From: Trichosphaerium sp. ATCC 40318
Lineage: Eukaryota > Protista > Tubulinea
Reading direction: 5' to 3'
Length of the DNA stretch: 64,000 bases
NCBI GenBank assembly: GCA_038496445.1
Contig: JALMLS010000309.1
Span: forward strand, 413,027-477,026
Below the pieces are notes generated by a model. The model was not told the origin of the DNA. It saw only the letters and a list, made by a program, of their open reading frames with translations, and made no database searches. Within the stretch, counting starts at the first letter, position 1, and each line of letters opens with the position of its first letter. This document shows, piece by piece, positions 25,100 through 38,796 of this stretch. The translations under genes and the position numbers were made by a program.

Positions 25100-27575
25100 A
25101 GCTAACCGCTAAACACATCCATGAGAATGAAACAGTGTTAAACAAATACGCATCAACCTTACAGCATCAAACTAAAATACAAAGAGGACCTAAATTCTGC
25201 TGGCAGAGCCTTGAGTGCTATTTGTAACTTCTCAATACAACTGCCAATTGCAATCACGTGTTTTTTAACGTTTAAACGCTTACTTCAGCATGTGCATTTG
25301 CCTCCGCACAATACAAACTTGACCTAAAAAGGCGTCTCAAGGCATCCTGTTTAAACGTGTTTGCGAGGTGTAGCTTAATGGTGTACTACTTAAAATCAGT
25401 TAAATGTGTTAACTACAAGCGTTAAAGACTGATTAGTGCTGTACGACGAAATTAAGATGCAGTGCAAAGTAAAACTAATGAAATGATGCGAGTTCGTTTT
25501 TCTGCTGTACGTACATGTAAACTACGCGCGGAGAAGTCATGCAAGAGTTTTACAACGTATTCTGGATCGAATTTATCTTCAACGCCTACAAACTTTATTC
25601 CTGTACGTTTAAGAGTATTACTTACGTAACAAAATAGCGTCAAAACGTATTTCTGACTTAAATAAGGTAAATAGTCGTCTATTGCGTGTAAAAACCAAGC
25701 AAGGGTTTCCATGGGACGAAAACCGTAAGCCAGATAGATTCTGGCAATCAAACACGCATCAGAAATGGTTCTTGGATAAAGTGAGCTGAAGAATTTCACA
25801 CTCTTTTTTTAAAAGGCACTAATCTTCTTTTTTCTCCCGTAGATGGCCATATTTTACCGCGTGTGTACCATGGATGATTGGTATCGTGTTAGTAAAGCTC
25901 AAGTGGAAGGTCGTGCTTGGATACAGCGCACTGGTGATCCTCTACAGTGCGTTTGTTATGCAGTTAGGAAATATTATTATTAAACGTTTCCTTCAATGTT
26001 TCGTGTTTTTGGGATTCTCTCGTTGACGTGACATTTAGTTTATTTGGAGGATCTCTCAAAAACCTGTTATGTCATGTATATCCAAGATATAACTGGATAG
26101 AATACAAGTTCAGTACGTCACCATTGACTTCTTTTTCCTCCAAGAAATCCTTCTATTTTTTAACATTGACAGATGTCGTGCTTACAATGTCGTTCCTTAG
26201 AATCTGTCAAACCTCACTTCTGGTCAAAATTAGATAACCACAGACAGTTTATAATAGAGGCACGTGATTTAGCACGTGTGATTTTATGATATTAAAATCC
26301 TAATATATTTCAGCTTGAACGTCGTTTGAACATCAAAGTCTTGAGCGACTGGTATAGTTGTAATACCAAGGACGTATCAGACGCAGGAGGCAGGTATGCA
26401 ATAATTTTGTGATTGTAGTGGAAGCTAAAATTTGTTAGGTGCTTACTACGGTAAGCTTTTCTCATAGATTGACAACAGTAGAGTTGCATTTGCCGGACTC
26501 TTGTTAGCCTGTTATTTTCTTTTAACATTTTTCTAGCAAATACAACGAATCCGTTAGTGGTATGCTCGCTGTAGTGTATTCAGAGGTTGAATGGGATAGT
26601 ACCAGATTTCGTAAGACGCCTTTTTGTTCTATATAGACAATTTAAAATAATGTTTCCTTGCAGCCAGAAAAAACAGAGGGTATTGGACTGATCCAGATAT
26701 TATCACGGATGGCGTTCGAAAGGTATCTTTTGAACAAATTATATTTCCAAAACCATACTTACATGTATCCTCTGTGAATCAAAAAAAGAAATTATATTTG
26801 TAACGGCAGAAAAAGCCTCAATCGGTCTTTAGTGAAGTCCTAAGGTTTTTTATAGCTTGAGGAGATATTTAATATCAATGAAATACATGATTGGTATAAT
26901 GTTAATATACCTTCAATACAGAAAGAAGGTTACGGAGGACTAATAAAGTACAAAAACAATAAAAAAAACCGAAACAAAAAAGTCAACTAAAACAAAAATT
27001 AGTCAAACATCAAATTTCTCATTGCACAAGTTTTTGGCTTCAGTTTACCCAGACTACACTTGGATACAACGAAACTTCCGTAAGTATTTTACTTGTAATA
27101 TCAAGTATTAACATGCTAACTATTGATATTAGGATCGCTTCCTTCTAAATTCTGGAGGGACATTAACCATCAACGACAACAACTCGATATCATTAAAAAG
27201 ACTCTACATATAACCAAAACAGATGATTGGTATCGTGTATCTCGTACACAAATAACCTTGTTGGGTAAAGGATTAACAAAATACTGGCCTGGGGTATTGG
27301 AAGAGGCAAGCAACTGAAAAACAAGCAACACGTGTTGCATGTTTTACATCATTGTATCCAAATCTTCTTGTTTGTTTATTATTTCTCAGGTATACCCTGA
27401 TGAGTCTTGGGATATGTCTAGGTTTATTGTGAATAATAACAATCTACGAAGAGCTTCAGAACAGAGGTACCTCTTTATAGCCTATCAGCACGTGATATTT
27501 GTGCTACTAAACGATTTTTAATTGGATTTTTTTGTAAAGGATGCTGACTGTTGGTGTAAAACAGCTACTATATTG
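25100..27575 (+). CDS. Multi-exon repeat protein with 'DWYxV...YPxxxW...F' units (ends approximate)
   Basis: Four units seen across exons: DDWYRVS/VYPRYNWIEYKF, SDWYSCN/VYSEVEWDSTRF, HDWYNVN/VYPDYTWDTTNF, DDWYRVS/VYPDESWDMSRF. Confidence 0.65.
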
Positions 27576-28619
27576 ACAGGACCACGCATCAATATTTACT
27601 CATAGTCTTTGAAACAGATGCTTCGTGCAACTTGTACATTGTAATTAATAAACTAAAAAAACCAACTAATTCATTTAAGGGCCTTCTAAGTTTTTACTTC
27701 GTTTGACCATTGGCAGCGAGTGTAATGATACATACTTAGTGATGTATTTTTGTCTGTAAAGGGTATCACAGTTTACGTCAATTGAGGGTTCAATTACATG
27801 GGGTACTCTACAAACTTTGCCCATACACCCCTTAACTTTTTTTTTTTACAGTCTTTGGTTTTTTTATATTGAGCCCTCTAACTATTTATGTTCTCTCGGA
27901 TTTACATTGACAATTTTACACCTCCTCCAATGGTAGTGATACTCATCCTATACACAAAACACACTAAATAGAAGCAGCATAACTAAATTCGGCTTCGAAT
28001 ATACAGTTTAGGGTATGTATTTGCTGAAGTTTGGTTGTTTTTTTGGCTTTGTTACACCTCCTTGTATTGTTCTAAAAACTTACCAATAAAGCATCCACAC
28101 CCATGTGGTATGATTTCAAAAGGTTTTGGCTTCGAATATAAGGTTTAAAGATTGAATTTCTTATTTTAGAAAGTGAAATCTTAATTTAGTAATTTTTCTT
28201 TTTTACACACAGTTGAATTGGCGTTGAACTCTGGTATATTATCACCATCGCTATGAAAAGCATAAAAACCAAAACTGAAGTTTGAATACTGGTTTTATAC
28301 TAAGAAATGACATAAAATCGTCTAAAACGCGTTTATAGTGTGGTGAAATATGTTTTAGAGTGTTTTTGGAAATGGAAAGTGAGTTTAAACAGGGGTTTTT
28401 TGTGCATTTTTTAAAGGCAACCTGTGTTGCTCTCGAGCTCAAAGGAGGAAGCCCTATATGGGTAGAATAACAAGTGTAAAAATTGGCAAATTTCGAGCTT
28501 TTCTCTTAATCCAGGAGAACGCCTAATAGTACAATAGTGTAACGCTATGCCCTTAACCTTACTGCCCCTTAAAAAAAAAGAATGATAATAAAATAGTTGC
28601 TCTACGAATTGGTTGGTTT

Positions 28620-28935
28620 GCCAAGCTAAGCTTAATTGAGTTGAGCTAAAGGCTATTGTTCTCTGAAGAACATTTATTACAAACGCTGTTAGCCATTGCC
28701 AAATGTCTCTTGCCAAGGGTATACTGAAGAAAAGTGGTATGAGAATGATCAACTTTACAATCGACGTGACTATGTAAATGGTAAGATCAAAAGAAGCAAA
28801 GTCTTGGTTTGATAACGGTATGTTAGAAAGTGAATGCTTTTTAAAGGTCAGAAAGAAGGACAAGAAAATGGCATGAGAATGGGCAGTTATCCCAGAATGG
28901 GTTTGTTTTAAGAGAAGAATAGAAGGAGTGAATCG
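28620..28935 (+). pseudogene. Decayed MORN-variant repeat gene relic
   Basis: Frameshifted pieces KWYENDQLYNRRDYVNGK, EAKSWFDNGMLESEC, KWHENGQL on the + strand. Confidence 0.7.
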
Positions 28936-29065
28936 AAAAACTGCAAGACCGTTCTCATTGGGCACATGTCCTAAACCAAATCCCGAAACGTCAGCACGTG
29001 TTTTAAAGAAAACTGTACTAGTTTACTCTGTTTCAAGTGTAGCGTTTATTTTGTTTGTCTTGTAT

Positions 29066-32000
29066 TTATTCACGTTTGACAGCTGATGTATTTTTAATCT
29101 CAGTCTCTTTTTCTGATCTACCACCCAAGTACTTTGAAAGAAACAACTCAGCACGCTGATAAAAATCAAGCTTATTCTCAGGTCTTGCAAATCCATGACC
29201 TACAAACAAATAAGCAGCCGTCCAAAGTATTAAATGGTCAGACGAATGATGTTTTCAAAAAAAAATTCAAAACGGAATTGGTTCGTTACCTTCGTCCTCA
29301 TAGACAACATAGTCAACAGGTAAATTATTCTTTTTCATGGCATCAAAGATTTGATCACTTTCTTTTACAGCTACTCTTGGATCATTTTTACCTTGAGCAA
29401 TGAGAAGAGGAACTTTAATCTTTTCAGCATGAAACAATGGAGATATTTTTTCGTTCAACTCTTTATCATTTTCACAATCACCAATACGAAGTGTGAATAG
29501 CTGCTTGAGTGGCTTCCAGTACTCTGGTACCGATTCTATAAATTCACATTGTCAATTGTAAAGCACGAACACATAAGTAAAATAAAAAAGCCACGTGGTG
29601 TGGAGATATTTTGTGTTGAAAACAAATAAAAATCCAAAAATCACGTGTATCTGTTTAGCTAACATACCAACTAGTGTCTTGATATTACTAGGTCCAACAA
29701 TATCAACGCCACAAGCATACAAATCAGGTGTGAACGTCAATCCAGCGAGAGTAGCATATCTAAGGTATTGGTCAATAAAGTACCTTCGGAACATAACAAA
29801 AAAGAACAGTTTGCTGTGTTTGTATTTTTTGGTGTTCGCGATTGAAAATGGAACGACGTATTGCATAGAAGTCAAATGCTGGTGTACAACGTACCCTCCG
29901 TATGATCCGCCGTAAATGGCTACCTTTGAAGGATCTGCATACCCCTAAAGCGAAACTTAACAAACACGTGTTAATATTAGTAGTCTTACCTTATCAACTG
30001 CCCATTGAACGGCATCGGTGAGATCATGTTGCATTGTACCAACACCCCATTGCTTATCACCAAGATGAAGAAATTTCTTACCTTCAATAAGTTTAGTACA
30101 GACGAGAGTAGGTTTGCTTTGATGTACCAAACCCGGCTGACCCTCTAAAATTGACTTGTAACACGGCATAGCCTCTATTAGCTAACCATTGTGCTTCTGC
30201 AGTGTAACCCCAACTATCACGAGCCCAAGGACCTAAGGTCAAAATCAATAACAGAAAAATAAAACAGAGACTGTAAAAACAAGAACAGACCTCCGTGGAC
30301 GTTTAATACAAGAGGTAAGTTCTTTGGGTCTTTTCCCAAAGGCAATGTCAAGTACGACACCAATTCTACACCGTCTCTTGCTTTTATTGTTACCGGTTTC
30401 ATCTCAGCTAAAACAAACAACTCAGGACAGTCTGACTATCAAAAGAATCTGACTCGTACTTAATTGATATTTTTCCAAATCTGGTTTGGTTGTGAACAAG
30501 TAATCAAGCTTCTTCTCATCTCTTTTGTAATGATAATACTTTGGAGGACCGTTATCATGGTCGAATGCAACAATCCAATTCTTATCTGCCAAATCACGAC
30601 TAACAAGACCAAACTCTGCTCCATCAGCATGTTTTTTTAAGAGTGAGAAATCATCTATTGTTTTACGACAAACTTAGCCACTTAAATATTTGGTGATTAA
30701 GGGTACCTGATATTTTATCATTGATTACTTTCCATTCAGTACGATCATATGTAAATGAAACAGCATCTACTTCATGAGTGTCTTCATTCTAAACAGATTT
30801 CTTAACTTATTACGAAATTTTGATGTTACAAAAAAGTTAAGTTCAACAGGTGTGAATGTGGTCTACCACATTAATAATGGCGTATACAATCACTTTGAGT
30901 ATTAGAAATATAAGTAAAACTAGGTCAAAACCAACAAGTACTAACCATGATAGTGGTACCAACATCACACTTTTCGTGTTTTGCAATTTCATCTTCTTCA
31001 CTTGCATCCTAACAAATTGTTTTAACCTCTTACCTGCTTATGAGTTTATAAATGTTTTCGAACCTTTGTAGATATCTTAACAAGCCTAGTTGTGTCCACA
31101 TCAATTGATGATTGAACAAACATTGATTTTCCATCTTTGGTAAATGACAGAGCTCCGCCGTTTTCCTTTTTTTCAAGTTAAGCAAATGAACACTTCGAAA
31201 TAAAAGGTCTATTTTCTTTCACAGGGTTGTGGTAATCAAAAGTATGATTATAAAATAGGTCGCATTTACATACCTCATGAGGCCATGTCAGTAAGTCACG
31301 CCAGTCATCAGAAGTACTGTCTCTAAATACAAAATAAGTAAAAAAGGATAAAATAAGTTAAAGCGCCACTAACCTGACTCGCAATGTTAGGCTTCCATCT
31401 CCAGGGTTCATAGATGTAGCACCTCTTATTTTAAATTCATCGTCAGTATACCAAGCAAGAACATCACCTACACATGATTTAGAGCGAGCAAAGTAATAGA
31501 AATACCAATTTTTTTGGTGACAACCCAAGTTATTGAAATACAACGTAAGAAAAAGAAGGAACTTGATGTGTACCTGGATTTTTGGTATCAAAAGTAACAG
31601 CCCCAGTAGTCAAGTCAATACGATGCATATCAAAAACGGTACGATCTCTTAGATTCAAACCGATAAGCACTGTATTGTGAATCAAGGAATAAAAAAAAAC
31701 CACAAAAAAATCACGTGATCAGACGTTTTGTTTTAACCCAAAAAAAAAAAAACCGGAGTTAAGGATACTTTCGTTTGGATGATGTTTGTTCACTGTTATG
31801 CCTTGGGCTCTAATACCCTGAAATGGTGTGATATCTCGCACAATCTTTGTTTCCAAGTCTACAAGATAAACATGCCAATTTTCGTCACCGCCAATATCCT
31901 GAACGTATAAAAGCTTATTGCTATCATCTAATAAACGTAAATATAAATTATATACAAGGAGAGAATATAGTGTATCTATGGGAAACATAATTATAGGAAG

Positions 32001-32782
32001 AGGTCGTGATGTTTGATTGATAGCGTATTTTTTTTGTTTTGCTTTGACTTACATGTGAATGTGTAAGATCTTATGCCCCTTTTTGTATCGTTGGTGACCA
32101 TTACTGGTTCTTTAGACTTATCTATAGGCTGTACCCACACATTTAATACACCTTTGTCAGAAGGCGCCAAAAACGAAAGCTGGTAAAGAAGAATAAGAAA
32201 TAAAGTAAAAAAAAAAAAAAATAACAAAAAAACAATTGGTTGAATGAACGTAACACGTGGAGGCTCAATCCGTAATTGTTAACAAGCGCAATGCCAATAC
32301 TTTTTACGTATTGGTGTCAGTAGTTTTAATCTTGAAACAAGACCATGACGACGAACAAAAGGGTTGCATCCAAAAAAGAAAAAGATTTCTGATTTTTTCA
32401 AGAAAAACCGGCGTACAGTTTTGCCATCTGGTGAAATTGAAGCTTGACTTTTCTTTGGGTTACCAAACAGAATATCACGAGGGATCAGCGGTACATCTTG
32501 AGCGTTTGTCTACACTTTGTTATTATGAGAAACAGAATGGCGTATGAAACCAATCTAGGTTATGTTGAGATAGGTTACATACTCTACTAGTTGAAAACAA
32601 TCGAAAATATAGCGTTGGAGAAGTTTTTTTAACTGTACGCGCAGTTTTTATGCTATTACGCCTTAACGTCCTAGAGGAACTAGATTGGGCGACATGGCGC
32701 GAATATGCGTTACGCAAGCAACGCTAGTCTCATAAGCGATATGGCTGTTACTTAGAGCTCAATTAATACGTACTTGTAGCAT
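29066..32782 (-). CDS. S9-family serine peptidase (dipeptidyl/acylaminoacyl peptidase-like) with predicted mitochondrial presequence
   Basis: [22 protein letters not shown], catalytic [28 protein letters not shown]. Spliced N-terminus [13 protein letters not shown]...RLFSTSR. Confidence 0.9.
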
Positions 32783-34089
32783 TTTCGTTCTTTGTTAACA
32801 ACCTTGTGGCAAATGAAAAAAAAATTGATTGTCAAGGTTATTCCGGCCGTTCATGGCGTAGATTGTGTTTGATTCACTTGGCGCCATCAATAACGCGATG
32901 TGTATACACCTACTACACGTTTTTGAAGTCAATAAACGGCTAAAAGTTGATTTTTCTGCTACTCCGATTTTTCCTTCAAAAACCGACGTATTACGCGTGT
33001 TTGCGCGTGAATACATGTTAAAAAAGTGTCAAACCTTTTTAGGCGATATGAGCTCAATTTTGATTGTTTTTTTTGTATTTTTCTCGTCGGAGCAATGTGG
33101 CTTTTATAAGCAAGTTATGTAAAGCGTAAAATGAACTCATAAGAAAGAAAGTTCAGGTTCTATTTACTACACCCGTTATTCAGGTTTTTTATTTATCTAC
33201 ACAGTTCTGTACATGGTATAATTTCAGGTTTTAAAGCGTTTTGAGTTCCAACAATGCCGTTAACGGGTTGATCTTGTATATTATCGTCTAAAACGCCTCT
33301 TCTGGGTAACGCTGCGCGTAGAGTAGGTAAATCAAGGTAATTTAGATTTCCTTTCAGCGATGGTATTGTAGGCCTAGTTTTGTATGTTAAAAAAAATGTA
33401 CCAAACGCTGTAAAAGGCATGCGCAGGAGGTATTGTACCTTTTTAAATTAAACCGCTTTGTTTTGTCATCTACAAGAAGAAAGTTTGGTACAACGGCAGA
33501 GATGTTCTTATACTGCAGCATTTGGTTAATTTCTGATGCTTTTAGATCTCTATATTAGCTTAACTTAAGTTTCAGCTTAATAAAGCGATTTCGTGGTGAG
33601 TGCCTGTGGGCTTATGCATTGGATCTTGTTACAACGCTGGACGCTCAATAAACTATCAGTGATAGAAGAGGGCTGAAAACTCGCAATTTTTTCGAAAAAA
33701 CAAGTATTTTTGTACTAGTGCCCTTTTCGTTATGAATGAATACTATGAATATTCAAATACAGCCAATATTCAGTAGTATTCATGAGCAAAAAAATTCATT
33801 ACCTATTTTGCCTTACAGTAAAATGGTCGAGAACTTTGCGAGTTGAAGGGTTGATTCTTAATCCCACATACAACTTTGATAGCGTTCGTGGGTTGTTTTT
33901 AAAAACCAGCCTTAGTAGTTCTCTAAGGTAGATAATATGGCAATACTACGTACACAAAGTGCTGCCGGTAGGTTTCTTGGTGTTTTATAAGCACGTGCCA
34001 AATATCGTTTTTTTTGCCGCCAAAGTAAACCGTCAAGATTTGTGAGTTACCGGTTTCAGACCGCACAAAAAATAAACATTTTGTGTTAG

Positions 34090-34205
34090 GAAACTGTTTG
34101 TATCAATGTCAACTCCTACAGCACTTTCAAAATTGTTCTGTGTCCTCAATGCATTGGTTATTTTAGGAAATTTGGGACGTTTTGTTGGATCAATATCACG
34201 AGCAA
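34090..34205 (-). pseudogene. Tandem duplicate of the kinase terminal exon
   Basis: IDPTKRPKFPKITNALR..NFESAVGVDID versus IDPSKRPKFPKIINALR..NFESAVAGVDID at ~34550-34660. Confidence 0.8.
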
Positions 34206-34511
34206 TGAGATACTGTATTTTCGCGGAATATTGGCAAAAATCTTTGAGTTTCTGCTTGTCAGATTGTAGTGGATCTATGCTACCATAATTGGACAAAATC
34301 CAATTTTGTAGAGAGCTCATTGAGGCACTAAAACAGGCAAACACCGGAGTACAAATTGGATTCTTGTAGAGAGTTAAAGAGCATAGTTTTTAAAAACAAA
34401 CCAAAGGCTTATATTTATTACATTTCTGTTGTACAATTCTTGTATTGTTATGTTACACTGTTTCACGGCTTTTATTGAAAAGAAAGCTTTGGTAATTTGT
34501 TACTAGGTATT

Positions 34512-37500
34512 TCAACCATACCCAGCTGATTGTTCATTTGTAAAACTTTGATCAATGTCAACACCTGCAACAGCACTTTCAAAATTCTTTTGTATGTTGT
34601 TCCTCAATGCATTGATTATTTTTGGAAACTTGGGACGTTTTGATGGATCAATATTGCGACACTGACTAATGAGACCCTATTTCATTGAAAAAGATGTGTG
34701 AGAAAAAGGGGTAACACAGTAGCCTTTGGTTTGTTTTTTTAAAGCAAAGTTAGTTAAAATGTAAGGCTAAAGGATTCGCCAAACAGACGTAGTGTGAAGT
34801 ATGATAGAGTTGGTTGTCATACCTTGAAAAGTGATGGCGTATGAGATGGTATTTCTAGTTCTGGTAGAGTATTCATCTTGATAGCCAAAGCGACATCTAT
34901 ATTATCCATGTTTTGATAAGGTTCTTGAAGTGTTACCTAAACAAAGTACACTTAGAGTTTGTAAACAGGTCAATCCGCTCTTACCACTTCATACAACATT
35001 GAACCAAACATAAATACATCACTGGCTGTTGAGAACGTTTTGAAAAGAATGGATTCTGGAGCCATAAACTAAAGACAAGTAAACTAATAATAGCAAACAG
35101 GAAAAAAAAAATGACGGAAATTTGTATTTACCTTGACAGGTCCAGTGTACGCAATAGAAGTGTGGTTTGCTGAAGGCCCAACAAGCCTTGATAAACTAAA
35201 GTCTGCAATGGCAGCCTGCCAATTATTTCGAACAAGAATGTTTCTACATGCTGAGAAATGATTAGTTTAAAAAGGCGCTGATTTCTTTTTTAAACAAACC
35301 TATATCTCTATGTAATACATTCTCACAATGAAGATGATATATGCCTGTCGCAGTATCTGCTATCATTGATAAACGCTTCTTTTCAGATACTGTGATATCA
35401 GCATTATTAAGAATGCCCCACAGTGATCCCTAAACATACATGTTACCAAAATAGTCTCAAAGAGTTGTCAAAAAAATGCGCTTAGCCTTGCTTGCAAGAC
35501 ACTCATAACCTTATTAATATTATGTACGTACAAGCTCACAGTATTCCATGACAATTGAGAATGTATCAGAGTCAATTGATACACCATAGATCAAGACAAC
35601 ATTTGGATGAGTACTCATCTTCTTCATGATGGCAGCTTCTTCCATCGCTTGTGAGTTATCTGCAAGTTGTAATCTCTTGACAGCAACTAAAGCACCTCTG
35701 TACTTTGCAACAAATACTTCTCCCTATTGAGATGATGAGCTGAAGTAACTTTTCAAAAATCACGTGCTATTTAACAAAAAAAACGTGAACGAAAAAAAAA
35801 GCAAAAGACGCACAAAAGATCCGTGTCCAATCTTCTTTGTAAACTGTAACTCAGTAGGAAATATTGTTGTCACATCTTTAGTTTGTCTCATAGCAGGATC
35901 GGCAAGTTTTGAAAAATTATCAGCAGCAAACGGTTGATTATCACTTGCGCTGCTGACGCTGTTATTAGTATATATTTGTTCTTCTACATTATCAAGCAAG
36001 CTTCTTGACATAGTATATCTTGACGAGGTACTAGTGGTTTTTTGTTTCTTGCTTGAACGCTTCCAGCAAAAAATAAAGCCAAGTACAATTATAACCAGTA
36101 TAATAATAATTATACCACCTACAGCTAATAGTATATACATCACCACATTTGTATTTGTACTTGGCGTATCATCAGTTGCTGATGTCGGTGATAATATAGG
36201 CGCTTTTGTTGTTGGACTTGCCGTAGGCGATGTCGTTGGTGCTACAGTTGGTGATGGCGTCGGTGATGTTGTTGGACTTGTAGTAGGGGATGCTGTGGGC
36301 AGTATTGTTGTAGGTGGAATTGTCGTTGGATTTACTATAGGTGGTGGTCCTGCAGTTGGTCTTACTGGCGTTGGTGCTGGAAAGGGATAATTCAAGTCGT
36401 TTAAGTTCATTCTACAAAGCAGTCCATTGAATCTAAAGAACAAACGTTAGTACTCACACAAAACTACAAGAAGCAAACTTACATGGAGTGTTTATAGTAC
36501 TTACATCTCTCAACACGTTCAGCCAATAATTTAGCCTTACTGACATGCCAAAGAGATATGTTTAGTGTCTGCTCTGTTAAGTTTAATGGAGGATACTGAA
36601 GCATAGGTTGTAGGTTAGGTAATATATACCTTTCATCATTAACTTCTTGGAATACTTTACTACTATTCGTAGTACCCCAGTAATTAGATGGAAAAGGACC
36701 TTTACTTCTTACAGATGCAATAATTACTACTTCATTATTGTAAATAGAATTAAAAGTCATATCTTTGAATGGAGGATATACTCCGGCATCAAGTCCTACT
36801 GCATTATGACGTATAGTATTATTACGTACTGTGAATACGCCACGGACAGTGTCTATTGCTTTTTCAGCAAACAAAGCCTTAATAAACAGTAAGAGTAAGA
36901 AACATTAAAAGAAAAGAACAAAAAAAAGAAAAAAAGAAAAAAAGAACATACGTTAACATTATGCTCAAATAAGTTGCCTATTAATTTCACTTCTAGTCCT
37001 GAACCAACACCCATACCTACTGACATATGGTATGCAATATAGTTACCTTCTATATCTACTTTTTTACCCGCTGTAAACCCATATCCACAAGCGATCATTA
37101 CATTGTTTTTGAGCGAAACAAAATTAGCATCTTGCGCCTGAATACCATAGTATGTGTTTAAAAATACGTTGTTCTCAATCAAGGCGTTTCCAAAAGTAGC
37201 AATAGTAAGAGGTGATGTCGTGTATTTAAATATAGAATTCGTTATAGTCGTAGGCTTATGTATATCTTCTTGTGATGCAAATGATGTGCTACATTAAAAT
37301 ATCAGTGCTTTTTGTGTGTAAGGTCTTATACGTACAAGGTAACTGTATCGATTGCAGCCCATGTTATATCAACCACACCATAGCATACTATGGAAGCATA
37401 AGGAATGGTGCAGCCACCAATACCATTTAACTAAAATAACAGAGAATAAGTGAAGTCTTGAACTTCGAAAAAAAAAAGAAAAAAAAACAGAAAAAAAGAA

Positions 37501-38068
37501 GAAGTAGACTTACAACGACAGGACTTTGTTCTGTCCCCATGATCTTAAAATGACCTCTAACAGATATAGCCGAACACTTTGGAATCCGTAGGAACGCGAT
37601 TTGTGTACCAGCCAGGATGGTGAGGTTGTTGTACTCCATATGCTCTCTGATGTTTATTGTTCCGTTCTGCGGTCCCCACTAAATTCAAATTACGTTTATA
37701 AACAACACGTTAGAAGCACCAGTCGTTTGTACAGCGCACATGAAGAAAATTACAAAGAAACAATAAAACGGAGTTGTTTTGCCCCATAGCTGCGTTTAGT
37801 AGGTCGTTGTTGAAAACAGAGCGGTTTACACAACAAAAGGCGCGTTTTGCTAAATAAAAACACAAAAGCAACGTAAAAAGCGTCATTGATACTAAAAAAT
37901 CAGTACTGGCGGTGTAAGGGAAATAATAGAAAGTAGTATTTAAAATAGTTATAATCGCTCTTTTGAGTAAAGCCGTACCACTGCATTGTTCAACTGAGCG
38001 CTCACTGTCGTTTCAAGTAAATAACATGAAACAAGAAGTAATGTGAACCAATAGCATTCTATACGCAT
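34512..38068 (-). CDS. Single-pass receptor protein kinase, tyrosine-kinase-like, with beta-helix ectodomain
   Basis: Signal peptide MRIECYWFTLLLV, parallel beta-helix-like repeats (IENNVF, IEGNYI, VRNNTI), P/T-rich stalk, TM helix, IGHGSFG, VAVK, HRDIACRNILV, DFSLSR, GPVKFMAPES. Confidence 0.88.
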
Positions 38069-38796
38069 GATTTGATCACCACAGAGGTAATATTTGTATT
38101 AATGCAACACTTTGTAATTTATACAGACATAGCTGCAATTGTTTATAACGTTTTGCTTCTTAGACGAGACAGTGCTTCTCTAGCAAAAGCTTGCGAATAA
38201 TGAAAATCAATTCTGTTCTCGGCGTTTCAATACTGGTCAAATGCCTATTGTACTAGGCGTAAGACATCCAGGCATTAATACCAACAACGACAAGTTGCAG
38301 GAGTTTTGGTTCGAACGTTATTGAACGCCGAAACTGTCTTGGTATCTCAGGAAGCATACGCAATAAGTTAACACTAGTTGTCCCAAAACTAGAGAAGGTA
38401 GGAGCTTTTTTAGTACATTGCTTCCTTTTTATGGTTTTCTGTCAATAGCACTCTAGCGCTAAACACACCGGTATACTCATTCAATAGAATAGCTTTCTGG
38501 ATGCAGCCAAAAATTCATAACGGATTTTGTTATCCTTGACGGTTAACGCCTTTAAAACGTAGTATAGTCGTAACGTTACATAGATACTTGAGTGAACAGA
38601 GTTGAAAAAACCACGATACGCTGTGAACAAGCGAAGACCATTAAACCCCATTGCAACAGCATCCCCACGCGTAGGAGTATCTATTGATAATAATGGATCG
38701 GCTCAATGCCGCGGTAGGGGCAAGAAAAAAACAGCTCAAAAAGATTCTTTTTCCTTACTTGTTTCTGTTATGTTGACTACAAAAGTACTTCGTGAT

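Noticed and set aside
28411-28965. 184-aa hydrophobic ORF as a membrane protein
   Set aside because: It is the antisense shadow of a decayed MORN gene on the + strand.
36034-36390. Gly/Val-rich + strand ORF
   Set aside because: Antisense of the Pro/Thr stalk and TM helix of the kinase.
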